A stretch of 64,000 bases of DNA from Clostridiales bacterium (GCA_017513085.1 JAFWDK010000029.1:107275-171274); one strand, 5' to 3'; numbered from the stretch's first letter, positions 48,352 through 59,236 are shown. Notes: generated by a model from the sequence alone, not told the origin. Numbers and translations are program-made.

Positions 48352-49509
48352 TCAGGCGTAGTTAGATTCGACGTACTGGAATACCATTTTAGAAACTTCG
48401 CCGATGATATTATGTGCGGTGGTGTCATTGCTGCACTCGGTCATGACGCAGATGACGTAGTCTTCGGAAGCGAAGACGATACCGAGATCGTTGAAAGCAC
48501 CGTACTGATTATTGAACCCAACCTTGTGGGCAGCTTTGGCTGTGCCGGAGACACCTGCCGGAATACCCCAGTTGTATTCGGTGGTGCAAAGATCGTCGAT
48601 CAAAGGCTGGAAAGCATCCGGTTTGTCCTTGTAATCCTTATAGAGATGCTCCGCGTATTTGGCCAGATCGATGGAACTTGTACGGTTCTTGCCGGTCATT
48701 TCTTCGCCACGAAAATTCGTGTAGGAGGATGTGGCACGGTAATCCACGACAGCACTGATCGGCTTCATAAACTCCGCATTAATAGTATCGATGCCGCCAA
48801 GACGGCGAAGGAGCATGTTGGTCGCGCAGTTATCGCTCTTTGTAATGGAAAGGTGAGACACCTCACTTAAAGGATATTCGGTTCCATCGGCAGAATTCTG
48901 GATCGTGCCGGTGCCGCCCTCAAAGTCTCCCTTCGGATAACCTTGTGCGTTGTAAGCCATTTTCTCGTCAAGTTTAATACTTCCGTCTGCCACTTTCTCA
49001 TAAAGATAAGTATTGTAAGCAAGCTTAATGGAACTTGCGGCGACGAAAGGTGTGGACTCGTTCACCGCGATGGTCTCACCATTCGACATGTTGATGTAAT
49101 ACATGGAAAAACGACCGCTCTGCTTGGACAGATACTCGCTGACGTTTGTCTGCAGGGTAGCCAGGTTGGTTGCGCGTGTTTCTGCAGAAACCGTCTGTAC
49201 CTTGGGCGCAGCTTCCGATGTGGAAGTGTTGTCTGTCGGCGGCACAGTGATATCTGTCGAAGATTGATCCGGGGCCGCACTGATCGGGTTTCCGGATGCA
49301 TCTGTTTCCGGAACACTTGTCGCAACTGTGGTTTGTGTGGTCTTGGTGTCCTTCTTGTCTTTCTTGGAGAGCAGCATGCTGATAAAAACGATATCCGCAA
49401 TTACGCAGCCCATGCAGATCGCAAGACAAGCGATAACGAAATTTCTTCTCTTGGCTGTATTACGCCGCCGGGAAGAACTGTATATGTTGTAATTGGAAGA
49501 ATTCTTCAC
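48352..49509 (-). CDS. Membrane-anchored serine hydrolase (class A beta-lactamase-like fold)
   Basis: SSIK (SxxK), SDN, HKVG. Confidence 0.88.
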   Translation of the reverse strand: MKNSSNYNIYSSSRRRNTAKRRNFVIACLAICMGCVIADIVFISMLLSKKDKKDTKTTQTTVATSVPETDASGNPISAAPDQSSTDITVPPTDNTSTSEAAPKVQTVSAETRATNLATLQTNVSEYLSKQSGRFSMYYINMSNGETIAVNESTPFVAASSIKLAYNTYLYEKVADGSIKLDEKMAYNAQGYPKGDFEGGTGTIQNSADGTEYPLSEVSHLSITKSDNCATNMLLRRLGGIDTINAEFMKPISAVVDYRATSSYTNFRGEEMTGKNRTSSIDLAKYAEHLYKDYKDKPDAFQPLIDDLCTTEYNWGIPAGVSGTAKAAHKVGFNNQYGAFNDLGIVFASEDYVICVMTECSNDTTAHNIIGEVSKMVFQYVESNYA

Positions 49510-49765
49510 GATCGATCTCCTTAGTATATGAGGTGCGGAAAAACCGCATAAATGCTGACAAAACCGTTAATGTGAACTTAGTATATCATCGCTAAGTTAC
49601 GATTCGGTTCGCTTATTGTAACAAGACGAATACAAGACTTCAAGTATCAAATACTAAGAAAATAGTCACTTTCCAAGGTGGGGGAGAAGATTTATGAATA
49701 AAGATCCGAAGACGGACATGACAGTCTTCGGACATATGCGGTCGCCGCCTGCCCTCTGTCGTCCG

Positions 49766-51073
49766 TCAGATATCGAGATTGCTCTGCTCGCTATGGATCT
49801 CGGCGGTGCGGACAATGGACTGAAGGGGAATGGAAGGATCGATCCTTGTAGCGTACCCGGTCAGCACACGCAACGGAATGCCGTTTACCGTGACGCCCGA
49901 GAACTGCAATTTGCAGATGTTCATGAAAGCCTCGGCCTTTTCTTTTTCTGTGTCGGGAAGAAGGACGATGAACTCGTCACTGCCCCAGCGCGCCACGATA
50001 CCGTTATCTTTGATAGCCTTGCTGATGATGTCGGCCACCTTGCAAAGCAGGCTGTCACCGGTCGAACGGCCGTAGTTTTCGTTGATCTGATGCATGCCCT
50101 TGATGTCCGCGACAATAATGCTGTACGGACAGCGGGATTCACGCTCCGCCTGCGCGAATACGTCTTCGACATACATACGGTTGAAAAGTTTCGTCAGCGG
50201 GTCGTGGTAGCTTAAGAAAAGGTTCTTGCTCTGCGCCTGCTTGAGCGCCGTGATATTGTTTACGAAACAAGAGACACCGATGATATTCTTATCTTCATCG
50301 AGGAGCGGCGCGTAGTAGGTCTGCCAGTAAGAAGCCGTCTGATCGTTGTCGCCGAACTTTTCGATGTGCGAAAGATACTCACCGTTCAGCGCATGCTCCA
50401 GCTTCTCTTTCAGAACCGCTTGGGTCTCCGGATCGTTCACGACATCAAGGATCGAGTCTCCGATGTGGATCTCTTTCTTCCAAAGACGAAGCATGGAATA
50501 CTTGTTACGCTTGTTGAAAGAAGTATAACGAAGATCGGTATCCAGCGTGTACACGATCATGTCCGGAACCGTCTCGATCATGGATTTCTCGACGGCCTCC
50601 CAACGCTTGGCTGCAATGTCCGATTTCTCCTTATCCTTCACGATGTGGTACGAGTTGGCGAACTGCGAACAGAAAAGACGGTACATGAGGATCGAAAGGA
50701 TCAGCGCGAAAATGAAATCCTTGATCATGATGATGTGAAGCGTGCTCGTCTTCATGCCGGCAACGCTGGCCACGACCGTATCGGAGATCGCGATCCAGAC
50801 GAGCGTGATCAGGAAGAAAAAGAGCACGGACAATACGCTGCTTCGGATGAACGGAAGAGAGATACGCTGCCAGACGGAAAGTTTCTTCTCTTCCGAGGTA
50901 AAAGGACTTCCGGGGGTGATCTCTTCGCTTTCGGCCGGGGAGGCTTTGCCGGAAGGATCTTTGTCGTCGGCGATGGCATCTTCACGATGAGAACCGGTCT
51001 TGGCATAAACAGGGTTATCTTCCTTGATGCCGGCTTCCTGCTGGAGTTTTTTAACATCGTCTTTATACGCCAT
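49766..51073 (-). CDS. Membrane PAS + GGDEF-domain protein (GSDEF variant)
   Basis: Two TM helices, PAS, DPLTKLFNR, RWGSDEF. Confidence 0.88.
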   Translation of the reverse strand: MAYKDDVKKLQQEAGIKEDNPVYAKTGSHREDAIADDKDPSGKASPAESEEITPGSPFTSEEKKLSVWQRISLPFIRSSVLSVLFFFLITLVWIAISDTVVASVAGMKTSTLHIIMIKDFIFALILSILMYRLFCSQFANSYHIVKDKEKSDIAAKRWEAVEKSMIETVPDMIVYTLDTDLRYTSFNKRNKYSMLRLWKKEIHIGDSILDVVNDPETQAVLKEKLEHALNGEYLSHIEKFGDNDQTASYWQTYYAPLLDEDKNIIGVSCFVNNITALKQAQSKNLFLSYHDPLTKLFNRMYVEDVFAQAERESRCPYSIIVADIKGMHQINENYGRSTGDSLLCKVADIISKAIKDNGIVARWGSDEFIVLLPDTEKEKAEAFMNICKLQFSGVTVNGIPLRVLTGYATRIDPSIPLQSIVRTAEIHSEQSNLDI

Positions 51074-51221
51074 CTTCTACCTCTTCGTATGTGCAAACTG
51101 CCCGCCTGAAAACGGGGCAGAACCAGTCACTATGTCGATTATACCATGTTGCGCGAATATTGACACTAGAGGTGCTGTCTGCTATTATTTTTGGTAGTTT
51201 ATAAGAAAGAGGTATACTTTC

Positions 51222-51368
51222 ATGGAACATATCAAGACGATTGAAACACGTAACCTTTGCGAGAGCGCGAAGAAGGGCGGTTGCGGCGAGTGCCAGACAT
51301 CCTGCCAGTCTGCTTGCAAGACTTCCTGCGGTATCGCAAACCAGCAGTGCGAGAACAAGAATAAGTAA
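51222..51368 (+). CDS. scfA: SCIFF ranthipeptide precursor (absent from ORF track)
   Basis: MEHIKTIETRNLCESAKKGGCGECQTSCQSACKTSCGIANQQCENKNK. Confidence 0.97.
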   Translation: MEHIKTIETRNLCESAKKGGCGECQTSCQSACKTSCGIANQQCENKNK

Positions 51369-51491
51369 TTCTTGTTGTACGTATCACACGAGAATAAATC
51401 GCTGTCTTTGATTTCCGTTTTGTGACAAAGACAGCTTTTTTTCGCACGAAGCGGGAAGACAGGTGCTTCGGGCCAAACAGAAAGGACGACC

Positions 51492-52952
51492 ATGATACAT
51501 CAATATAAACTCGGCGGATATAATATCGTGCTGGACGTGTGTTCCGGCGCGCTGCATGTTGTCGATGACATCACCTATGACATCATCGCAAGCATGAATG
51601 AGATCTATGAGCATCAGGCAAAACTCGATGCGCAGAACGACGGAAAGTCTTGCGGCATGATCGATATCGAGACGCTGATCGGAAGGATCCCTTCTGAAAT
51701 CGAGAAGAAATACGCAGGGACGAAGGCGGGAGACAGAAAAGAGATCGACGAGTGCTTCGAACAAGTGCTCGAGCTGAAAAAAGCGGGCAAACTTTTCACC
51801 CCGGATACCTATGAACCGATGGCCGGTGAGCTCAAGGCGAAAACTTCCGGCGTGGTAAAAGCACTGTGCCTGCACATCGCGCATACATGTAATCTGAACT
51901 GCTCATACTGCTTCGCTTCACAGGGCAAGTACCATGGCGAACGTGCCGTCATGAGCTTCGAGGTCGGAAAGCGGGCGTTGGATTTTCTCGTTGAGAATTC
52001 CGGCACAAGACGCAATCTGGAAGTGGACTTTTTCGGCGGCGAACCGCTCATGAATTTCCAGGTGGTAAAAGATCTGGTGGCGTATGCCCGTTCGATTGAG
52101 AAAGAGAAGGGTAAGAACTTCCGCTTCACATTAACGACCAACGGCGTACTGGTGGATGATGACGTCATCGACTTTGCCAACCGCGAATGCAGCAATGTAG
52201 TGCTTTCGCTGGATGGAAGAAAAGAGATCCATGACCGTTTCCGTGTGGATTATGCGGGAAACGGCAGCTGGGAGAAGATCGTGCCGAAGTTCCGGAAATT
52301 CGTGGAGGCGCGTGGCGGCAAGAACTACTATATGCGTGGAACGTTTACGCATGCGAATCCGGATTTCCTTGAAGATATCAAGGTCATGCTCGACCTGGGC
52401 TTTTCGGAGCTCAGTATGGAGCCTGTTGTGTGTGCAGAGGATGATCCATCAAGATTGACCGAAGAAGATCTTCCGATTGTGCTGGATCAGTATGAGAAAC
52501 TGGCCGAGCTCATGATCGAGCGTGATAAAGAAGGAAAACCGTTTACTTTCTACCATTACATGATCGATCTCAAGGGCGGACCCTGCATCTACAAGCGCAT
52601 TTCCGGATGCGGCTCGGGAACCGAGTATATGGCGGTGACACCTTGGGGAGATCTTTATCCTTGCCATCAGTTTGTGGGCGAGGAGAAGTTCCTGCTGGGA
52701 AATATCTATGACGGCGTGAAGAACCACAAGATCCAGGATGACTTTGCTTCCTGTAATGTGTACGCACGTCAGGAATGCCGTAACTGCTGGGCACGTCTTT
52801 ACTGCTCCGGCGGATGCGCGGCCAACGCCTATCACGCGACCGGCTCGGTGCGTGGTGTGTATAAGTACGGCTGTGAGCTTTTTAAGAAGAGGATCGAGTG
52901 CGCCCTGATGGTCGCGATCCATAGAGAATTCGCCGACAGCGACGAAGAGTAA
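51492..52952 (+). CDS. scfB: SCIFF radical SAM/SPASM maturase
   Basis: CNLNCSYC; SPASM CGSG..YPCHQF..CRNC..CSGGC. Confidence 0.96.
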   Translation: MIHQYKLGGYNIVLDVCSGALHVVDDITYDIIASMNEIYEHQAKLDAQNDGKSCGMIDIETLIGRIPSEIEKKYAGTKAGDRKEIDECFEQVLELKKAGKLFTPDTYEPMAGELKAKTSGVVKALCLHIAHTCNLNCSYCFASQGKYHGERAVMSFEVGKRALDFLVENSGTRRNLEVDFFGGEPLMNFQVVKDLVAYARSIEKEKGKNFRFTLTTNGVLVDDDVIDFANRECSNVVLSLDGRKEIHDRFRVDYAGNGSWEKIVPKFRKFVEARGGKNYYMRGTFTHANPDFLEDIKVMLDLGFSELSMEPVVCAEDDPSRLTEEDLPIVLDQYEKLAELMIERDKEGKPFTFYHYMIDLKGGPCIYKRISGCGSGTEYMAVTPWGDLYPCHQFVGEEKFLLGNIYDGVKNHKIQDDFASCNVYARQECRNCWARLYCSGGCAANAYHATGSVRGVYKYGCELFKKRIECALMVAIHREFADSDEE

Positions 52953-53019
52953 GAAACTATAGAAACATAGGAAACGTAAGAAGCGTAAAGAGCGAAGAAG
53001 GACGCATGGAGGTGAGCGC

Positions 53020-54483
53020 GTGAACACGCCGATCTGCGATTTTGTAGAAAACTATGCGCGAAGCGGGACGGTCCGCATGCATATGCCCGGTCACAAAGGG
53101 CGTAGCGCCGGCGTGTGCGCATCTTCTGAACCTTTTACGGCCGAAGCGCTGGATATCACGGAGATCCACGGCGCCGATGAGCTTTTTCACGCGGACGGGA
53201 TCATTGCGGAAAGTGAGACGAATGCATCGGAAGTTTTCGGCTGTGATACCTATTATTCCACGGAAGGCTCGTCGCTTGGCATCCGCGCGATGCTGTATCT
53301 TTGCCGGGTGAATGCCGTAAGGACTCATGACGGTCCGAAATCTTCGGGGACCCTTGCTTCCGGTGTGTCACGGCCGTGGGTACTGGCGGCGCGGAACGTG
53401 CACCAGACCTTCGTTTCGGCTTGTGCGCTTCTTGATCTCGATGTGACGTGGCTTTATCCCAAGGCCTCGCTTCTTTCCATGGACCTTTCCGAAAACGAGG
53501 TCCGCCTGGCGTTGGAAGAAGCACGGGACAGCGGGCAGGGAATGCCTTGCTGTGTGTATCTGACTTCTCCGGATTATCTCGGACATATCCTTCCGATCAG
53601 AAAGATCGCTGATGTATGTCATGCATTTTCCGTACCGTTCGTGGTGGACAATGCGCATGGCGCATATCTGAAATTCCTGCCGACGGAATTTTCGGACGGC
53701 GCAGACCTGGCGCATCCGATCGATCTTGGCGCGGATCTGTGCTGCGATTCCGCCCACAAGACATTACCGGTGCTGACCGGGGGCGCGTATCTGCACGTCT
53801 CACCGGAGGCTTCGGAAAAGTACGACCTCAACAAAGAAAAAGTCAAACAAGCTCTAGTGCTTTTTGCGTCGACAAGTCCGTCCTGGCTGATCCTTCAGTC
53901 ACTGGACCGTGTCAATCCGATCCTGGCGGACGGTTACCGTGCGCGTCTCGCACACACATGCCATGCGGTTTCCGGGCTTCGGTCAAGGCTTCAGGAGCGT
54001 GGTTTTTCGCTTTTCGGGGAGGAGCCGTTAAAACTTACGATATGTCCCGGTTCGTATGGGTATACCGGCCGGGAACTGGCGACGATCCTGCGGACGGGAA
54101 AACTTTCCGGCTGCCCGATCGAGGTGGAATTTGCGGATGAGGAAGCGCTGGTGCTCATGATCTCGGAGAGCCATACCGAGGAAGAACTGGATGAGCTGGA
54201 ACGTGCGCTGGGCGCGCTCCCGAAGAGAGAGGCTATTGTCCGCGATAGAGTGGATCTTGCGCATCGGCCGAAGCAGGTCATGAGTATAAGGGAAGCCTGC
54301 ATGCTTCCGTTTGAGACGATTGCGCTGGAAGAAGCGGAAGGGCGCATCACGCATATGTTTTCGTCGGCCTGTCCGCCGGCGGTCCCGGTCGTGATCTGCG
54401 GCGAAAAAATAGAGGCAGAAGAAATCTCCTGCCTCCGATTTTATGGGTACAATTTCTGTCAAGTCGTGGCTGATCAACCCTGA
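53020..54483 (+). CDS. PLP-dependent Orn/Lys/Arg decarboxylase family (YaaO-like)
   Basis: HMPGHKG, DNAHGA, DSAHKTLP, STSPS. Confidence 0.9.
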   Translation: MNTPICDFVENYARSGTVRMHMPGHKGRSAGVCASSEPFTAEALDITEIHGADELFHADGIIAESETNASEVFGCDTYYSTEGSSLGIRAMLYLCRVNAVRTHDGPKSSGTLASGVSRPWVLAARNVHQTFVSACALLDLDVTWLYPKASLLSMDLSENEVRLALEEARDSGQGMPCCVYLTSPDYLGHILPIRKIADVCHAFSVPFVVDNAHGAYLKFLPTEFSDGADLAHPIDLGADLCCDSAHKTLPVLTGGAYLHVSPEASEKYDLNKEKVKQALVLFASTSPSWLILQSLDRVNPILADGYRARLAHTCHAVSGLRSRLQERGFSLFGEEPLKLTICPGSYGYTGRELATILRTGKLSGCPIEVEFADEEALVLMISESHTEEELDELERALGALPKREAIVRDRVDLAHRPKQVMSIREACMLPFETIALEEAEGRITHMFSSACPPAVPVVICGEKIEAEEISCLRFYGYNFCQVVADQP

Positions 54484-54701
54484 CTTGTACTACTCGTAAT
54501 CTCTTTTCCGAAACAAGTTACGGAATACCCCTCTTTGTAATAATCGGTATTATTGATCTTCTCGTGATAGATCGTGATCTCGTACACCAAAGACTTGTAA
54601 GTCTTTGTGCTGTCATTTCCGCCTGTGATCTTATAGGGCACGAGAGCAACAACCAACAGAAGAATTAATACAATAATGACCCAAAATGTCTTCTTTTTCA
54701 T
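54474..54701 (-). CDS. Small membrane-anchored hypothetical protein
   Basis: MKKK plus hydrophobic segment. Confidence 0.65.
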   Translation of the reverse strand: MKKKTFWVIIVLILLLVVALVPYKITGGNDSTKTYKSLVYEITIYHEKINNTDYYKEGYSVTCFGKEITSSTSQG

Positions 54702-54792
54702 TATTCTTCCCAACCTTTCTAAACACACTAGGGGCATTATAGCATTATTGGCTCAATCTGTGTAGTCTGTAAGGAAAAAAACTTGTCAAATC

Positions 54793-55581
54793 TCACAAAA
54801 CGACCTGATACAAAATGGCATAGAGCTCCCGAAGATAGTTGCAAGGAAGCAGCCATACCGGCGTGCCGGCGCCCTCGGTGCCGCACGGAATATCCAGTGA
54901 TCCGGCGATCAGTTGTGCACGGAATTCATGCCAGCTGTTCGTGACGAGGACGACGGTGTCCCCCAGATCCTCCCGTTCCATGATCTCTTTACTGAACGCG
55001 AGATTTTCCCGGGTCGTCGTGGAACGATCCTCCATATAAAGACGATCCGGCGAGATCCCCATGCGGATCAATTCGTCATACATACATTTTGCCTCGGACA
55101 TGACTTCGTCGGGTCCTTGGCCGCCGGACACGATACAGGGGCTCTCGGGATGTGCGGAAAGATACTCATACGCAGTGTTGATACGCTCGCTCAGAAGCAT
55201 GCTCGGCTGACCGTTCAGGACCTGACAGCCAAGAACGACTACGACCGGAGGAGAATCGGACTTGGGTGCTTTTCGATGCGAGAAACTGACCATAAGGATC
55301 GTCTCGGTCAGCGCGGTCAGAAAGATCACGACCGCAAGAATGGCTACGGCGATCACGGAGACGCGCCGCATGCCGCCTCTCTGCCAGAACGTGGAAATGG
55401 CGTGATGGATCTTCGGCTGGAACAGGGCATAGCCTATCGCGAGCAGACATAAGAGCATGCCTGTGTAGGTGCCGATGTTTCGCCCGGCGGAAACCGCGAA
55501 AACGGCGATCAGATCCAAAAGTAAAAGCAGCGCGGCCAGAAAGATCAGTGACCGTAGCAGGATGTTTCCGATACTGTGCAT
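54793..55581 (-). CDS. YdcF/DUF218 (ElyC/SanA-like) membrane protein
   Basis: VVLG, SGGQGPDE..SEA, EDRSTTTREN, VTNSWH. Confidence 0.92.
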   Translation of the reverse strand: MHSIGNILLRSLIFLAALLLLLDLIAVFAVSAGRNIGTYTGMLLCLLAIGYALFQPKIHHAISTFWQRGGMRRVSVIAVAILAVVIFLTALTETILMVSFSHRKAPKSDSPPVVVVLGCQVLNGQPSMLLSERINTAYEYLSAHPESPCIVSGGQGPDEVMSEAKCMYDELIRMGISPDRLYMEDRSTTTRENLAFSKEIMEREDLGDTVVLVTNSWHEFRAQLIAGSLDIPCGTEGAGTPVWLLPCNYLRELYAILYQVVL

Positions 55582-55723
55582 ACATACCTCCGTACCTGAC
55601 TATTGTATCGTAACGTGTCAACTGGAAAATGACACGGACGTCAGTTTGACGAAGCAGTGCTTCTTATTTTCAGCCGGAAGCATTAAAATAGAAATGGAAT
55701 TTCGATCAGGTGAGGTGGTTCTT

Positions 55724-56719
55724 GTGCTCGACATTACGCGTGAAAATATTTGGAACAACGGAGAATACAACTACGAAGCCGCTTACGGCTTCATCCCGAA
55801 TCTGCATTTTTACCTCCACGAGGAGGACGAGGGAACGGACCAAGAGCCGAAGGGCCGGCCGTTCATGCTGGTCGTGCCTGGTGGCGGCTATTGCATGGTC
55901 GTTCCACCGGAAGCGGAGATCGTGGCGAAAGTGTTTTACGAGCAGGGCATGAACTGCGCGGTGTTGACGTATACGACCGATATCACGATGAGCATTCCGC
56001 TGAAGAAACAGCCGTTAGCGGATATTTCGAGAGCTGTGCGGTATATCCGGAAACATGCTGCGCGTCTTTCTTCCGATCCCAAGCGTATCGCGATCTGCGG
56101 TTTCTCGGCAGGCGGGCACGTGTGCGGCTCTCTTGCCGTGCATTTTGACGATGAGGAAATCAAGGATCCGGATCCTTCTTACGAGGGTATCTCCAATCGC
56201 CCCGATGCCGTGATATTAGGCTATCCGGTCATTACGAGCGGCGAATTCACGCATATTTACTCGATGTGGGCGCTCGTCGGAAAAGACGGACCGAAAGAAG
56301 AGTACGAGTACTTCTCGCTGGAGAAGCATGTTACGGAAAAAACACCACCGACGTTCCTGTGGCAGACGGCTACGGACGACCTGGTCCCGATCGAGAACAG
56401 TGCGCTGTTCGCCCAGAGCTGCCGAGCGGCGAATGTGAATTTTGCCTACTATGTTTTCCCGTACGGCCCGCACGGACTATCTGTCTGCAACGAGGATTTC
56501 CGTAAAGGCAATTTCGGTGAAGAATATACGATGGAACAATTGAGAAACGCAGTGGAAGCGGTGCGCGAAGGACGCGGCGTCGGGGTTTCCGAAGACCGCC
56601 AGAGAGAACTGATCGCACAGTTCGATATGCCGCCGCCGACATTTCCGCCGGCACCGGAGTATAAAGATGTAGTGCTTTGGCCGGAACTGGTCAGAACATG
56701 GCTTTCCCGGATCTGGTAA
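55724..56719 (+). CDS. Alpha/beta hydrolase (acetyl/xylan esterase-like); start may be 55694
   Basis: PGGGY, GFSAGGH, DDLVP, HGL. Confidence 0.9.
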   Translation: MLDITRENIWNNGEYNYEAAYGFIPNLHFYLHEEDEGTDQEPKGRPFMLVVPGGGYCMVVPPEAEIVAKVFYEQGMNCAVLTYTTDITMSIPLKKQPLADISRAVRYIRKHAARLSSDPKRIAICGFSAGGHVCGSLAVHFDDEEIKDPDPSYEGISNRPDAVILGYPVITSGEFTHIYSMWALVGKDGPKEEYEYFSLEKHVTEKTPPTFLWQTATDDLVPIENSALFAQSCRAANVNFAYYVFPYGPHGLSVCNEDFRKGNFGEEYTMEQLRNAVEAVREGRGVGVSEDRQRELIAQFDMPPPTFPPAPEYKDVVLWPELVRTWLSRIW

Positions 56720-56799
56720 CGAGCGGGAAGCTTGTGTCGTGAGGCGGCTTCGGGAGAGGCGTGAAAGTACGCCTGCCCCTCCGAAGATCTTGCCTGATA

Positions 56800-57063
56800 T
56801 TAATAGAAAGCGTTCACGATGTTGATCTTTCTGGCCGTAAGGTCCGTGCACACTGCGGAAAGACAGTTCGCCAGGATCCCTTTTCTTACGGCGGGAGCAA
56901 GAGGCTCGGTCTCGATGAGACGGATCGGCTGGTAGTTTTCATAACCGCTGTAGTTCCCCGGAAGATCCAGATGGAAGGTCAAAGAACCATTCGGATTTTC
57001 GATGAGCTGCGCAACATTGGCGACGATCTCCAGACCATTAGGTAAGATAGCTTTAATTTTCAT
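56800..57063 (-). CDS. Small hypothetical protein
   Basis: AAGGAGAGG RBS; 87 aa. Confidence 0.7.
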   Translation of the reverse strand: MKIKAILPNGLEIVANVAQLIENPNGSLTFHLDLPGNYSGYENYQPIRLIETEPLAPAVRKGILANCLSAVCTDLTARKINIVNAFY

Positions 57064-57169
57064 GGTTGTCCTCTCCTTCGAAAGAAAGATTCACGCACCA
57101 CCGCGTGTTGTGTATTAGATTATATCATTCCCGGCCGACTCGCGAGAGTCCTGTTCACGGAAGCCTTGA

Positions 57170-58117
57170 TCAGCCTTCAAGGATCCGATATGCGACGGCC
57201 TCGTATTCGGCGTACTTCTTTGCTTTCAAAAGGCGCTTGAAGTCGCGCTCGTTTTCCTGCCTTCCTTCAAAAAGCACTTTCCAATAGCTCCACAGTTCCC
57301 GCATTTTGTGCAGGACGTTGATGTCTGGGGCCATGACTTTCTGATATTCGTGATAAAGAGTGTCGTGCAATTTCCTGAACTTAAGCATGTCGGTTTCCGA
57401 AGTATCCCCGCGAAGCTTGTCTGCAAGAGACGGGTCGGAGACCAGGCCTCTGCCGAGCATGACGGGGTCGGGGAGGCTTCCCAAAGCATCTGCCAGATCC
57501 TCGTAGTCCTTGCAGGTAAAAATATTTCCATTATACACGACGGGACATTTTGCATGCGACAGCGCGTGCGTGAAGTATTCTCTGCGAGGCTCGCCTTTAT
57601 AAAAGTCCGACCGTATCCTGGGGTGCACGATCAACTCGCTCACCGGAAATTCGTTGAAGATATCCAGAAGTGAGAAGAACTCGTCCGGCTGTTCGTAGCC
57701 GAGCCTGGTTTTGATCGATATCTTCATGCCTTCGGATCCGGAAAAAGAGTAAATATCAAAAAGGAAACTCTGAAGAGCGGATGTATCCTCGAGAAAGCCC
57801 GCTCCTTTGCCTTTGGCACAGACCGTTCCCGAAGGGCACCCGAGGTTCAGATTTACTTCTCTGTATCCCATCGATTGCATCTCCTTAGCGGCCTCGATGA
57901 AATGGTCCGACCGGCACGTAAGGATCTGCGGAACCAGGTTTATGCCATGGTTGTTCTCGGGAGAAAGATCCCTCCGCTCCTTAGGCGTCAACGGACTGCT
58001 CTCCGATGGAGCAACGAATGGAGAGAAGAACTTATCGACGTTTCCGTAGATCTCGTTATAGGCGTTTCGGAATATATAACCGGTGATGCCCTCAAGCGGG
58101 GCGAAATATATCTTCAT
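57170..58117 (-). CDS. tRNA-dihydrouridine synthase family protein
   Basis: FAPLEGIT, NLNLGCP, VHPR, YNGNI, MLGRG. Confidence 0.93.
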   Translation of the reverse strand: MKIYFAPLEGITGYIFRNAYNEIYGNVDKFFSPFVAPSESSPLTPKERRDLSPENNHGINLVPQILTCRSDHFIEAAKEMQSMGYREVNLNLGCPSGTVCAKGKGAGFLEDTSALQSFLFDIYSFSGSEGMKISIKTRLGYEQPDEFFSLLDIFNEFPVSELIVHPRIRSDFYKGEPRREYFTHALSHAKCPVVYNGNIFTCKDYEDLADALGSLPDPVMLGRGLVSDPSLADKLRGDTSETDMLKFRKLHDTLYHEYQKVMAPDINVLHKMRELWSYWKVLFEGRQENERDFKRLLKAKKYAEYEAVAYRILEG

Positions 58118-58159
58118 GAGTTCTGCAGGTTCCTCCGATATCTGCTCTTTTTTTTTCAG

Positions 58160-58585
58160 TCATTTTTTCCATCTCTTGAAACCGACTAAAATGACAAATC
58201 CGAGGCATGTCATAACAGTTCCGGTGACGAGAAAAGGAATGGAATTATTGGTAGGAGCAGCATGCTGAATATAATACTCGGACAAGTTAGAAGAATCGTA
58301 ATAAATCTTAACGAACTCACCCATCTTATAAACATATTTCGTCTGGCCTGATTTAAGCAAAGAACCATTGAAAATACTCCTGTCTGTAGGCTCGACGGTT
58401 GCAACATATTTTCTATCCGAAATATCAAGTGAGTAGTCTTCAAATGCAACATTAACCACTTCACCATATATTTCGGAATCAAGATTTTTGGTTGCTTGTT
58501 TGTATTTTGCGTAATCGACGCCACTCAAGATCAACAAAAAAGGGCCGATTATGAGACAAAGGAAAATCCAGTATTTTGGATTCAT
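58160..58585 (-). CDS. DUF3592-like membrane protein (low GC)
   Basis: TM, GEVV..GEFVKIYYD, TM. Confidence 0.6.
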   Translation of the reverse strand: MNPKYWIFLCLIIGPFLLILSGVDYAKYKQATKNLDSEIYGEVVNVAFEDYSLDISDRKYVATVEPTDRSIFNGSLLKSGQTKYVYKMGEFVKIYYDSSNLSEYYIQHAAPTNNSIPFLVTGTVMTCLGFVILVGFKRWKK

Positions 58586-58905
58586 GATAAGTTTCCACTC
58601 ATAAGCTCTGGGAAACAGAATAAACCACTTAGACATATACACACCTCACGCTACTTGACACACATTATTTTTGTACTACACAGTTTATCATGTCTCTATA
58701 TAATCTCATGGCAGGTTGCAAATAAACACTAAGTATTTTAAGGGTTTAGCCGGAATAAATCCACCGGCTTGTGCTTTTAGAGCATCCTAATACATCTCTT
58801 TCATGCTAAACAGATTCAAACTGACCATTCTCTTGTTATTAGCATAAAAGTACCCCCATTCATTGTACATCGCTGTACAAAAAATGGGGGTAACTTCACG
58901 ATGTT

Positions 58906-58996
58906 TGGCGGAGACGGAGGGATTCGAACCCTCGAGCCGGTAACCCGGCTAACGCATTTCGAGTGCGCCCCGTTATGACCACTTCGATACGTCTCC
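58906..58996 (-). tRNA. tRNA-Ser(CGA)
   Basis: GGAGACGTATCGAAGTGG..GCGCACTCGAAATGCGT, long variable arm, GGTTCGAATCC..CCGCCA. Confidence 0.96.
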
Positions 58997-59236
58997 AAAT
59001 TGCTATTCGATTATAAAAGTCAAGAGAGCCCGCGTCAAGTCCTTTTGGAGCAGGAGAGAGAGGACGGAAAAGCCTTTCGGAAGATGAGGCAAAAGCACTT
59101 GCGCTTCGTCGGGGATGTTGGTATTTCAGGCTCTGCGCCTAATTGTATATTTTTTGTGTATTCGTGCGCTTATTTATTGATGAATAAATCAAAAAGCGGT
59201 AACATATTTCTATAAAGCACGATGGAGTACTAAGGC

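Noticed and set aside
48352-49509. Antibiotic-resistance beta-lactamase
   Set aside because: Membrane anchor, linker and core-genome context fit a cell-wall serine hydrolase; resistance cannot be inferred.
49617-49633. WalR-like box upstream of the serine hydrolase (TGTATT-N5-TGTTAC, minus strand)
   Set aside because: Contains a mismatch, and no matching box was found before the other cell-wall hydrolase genes.
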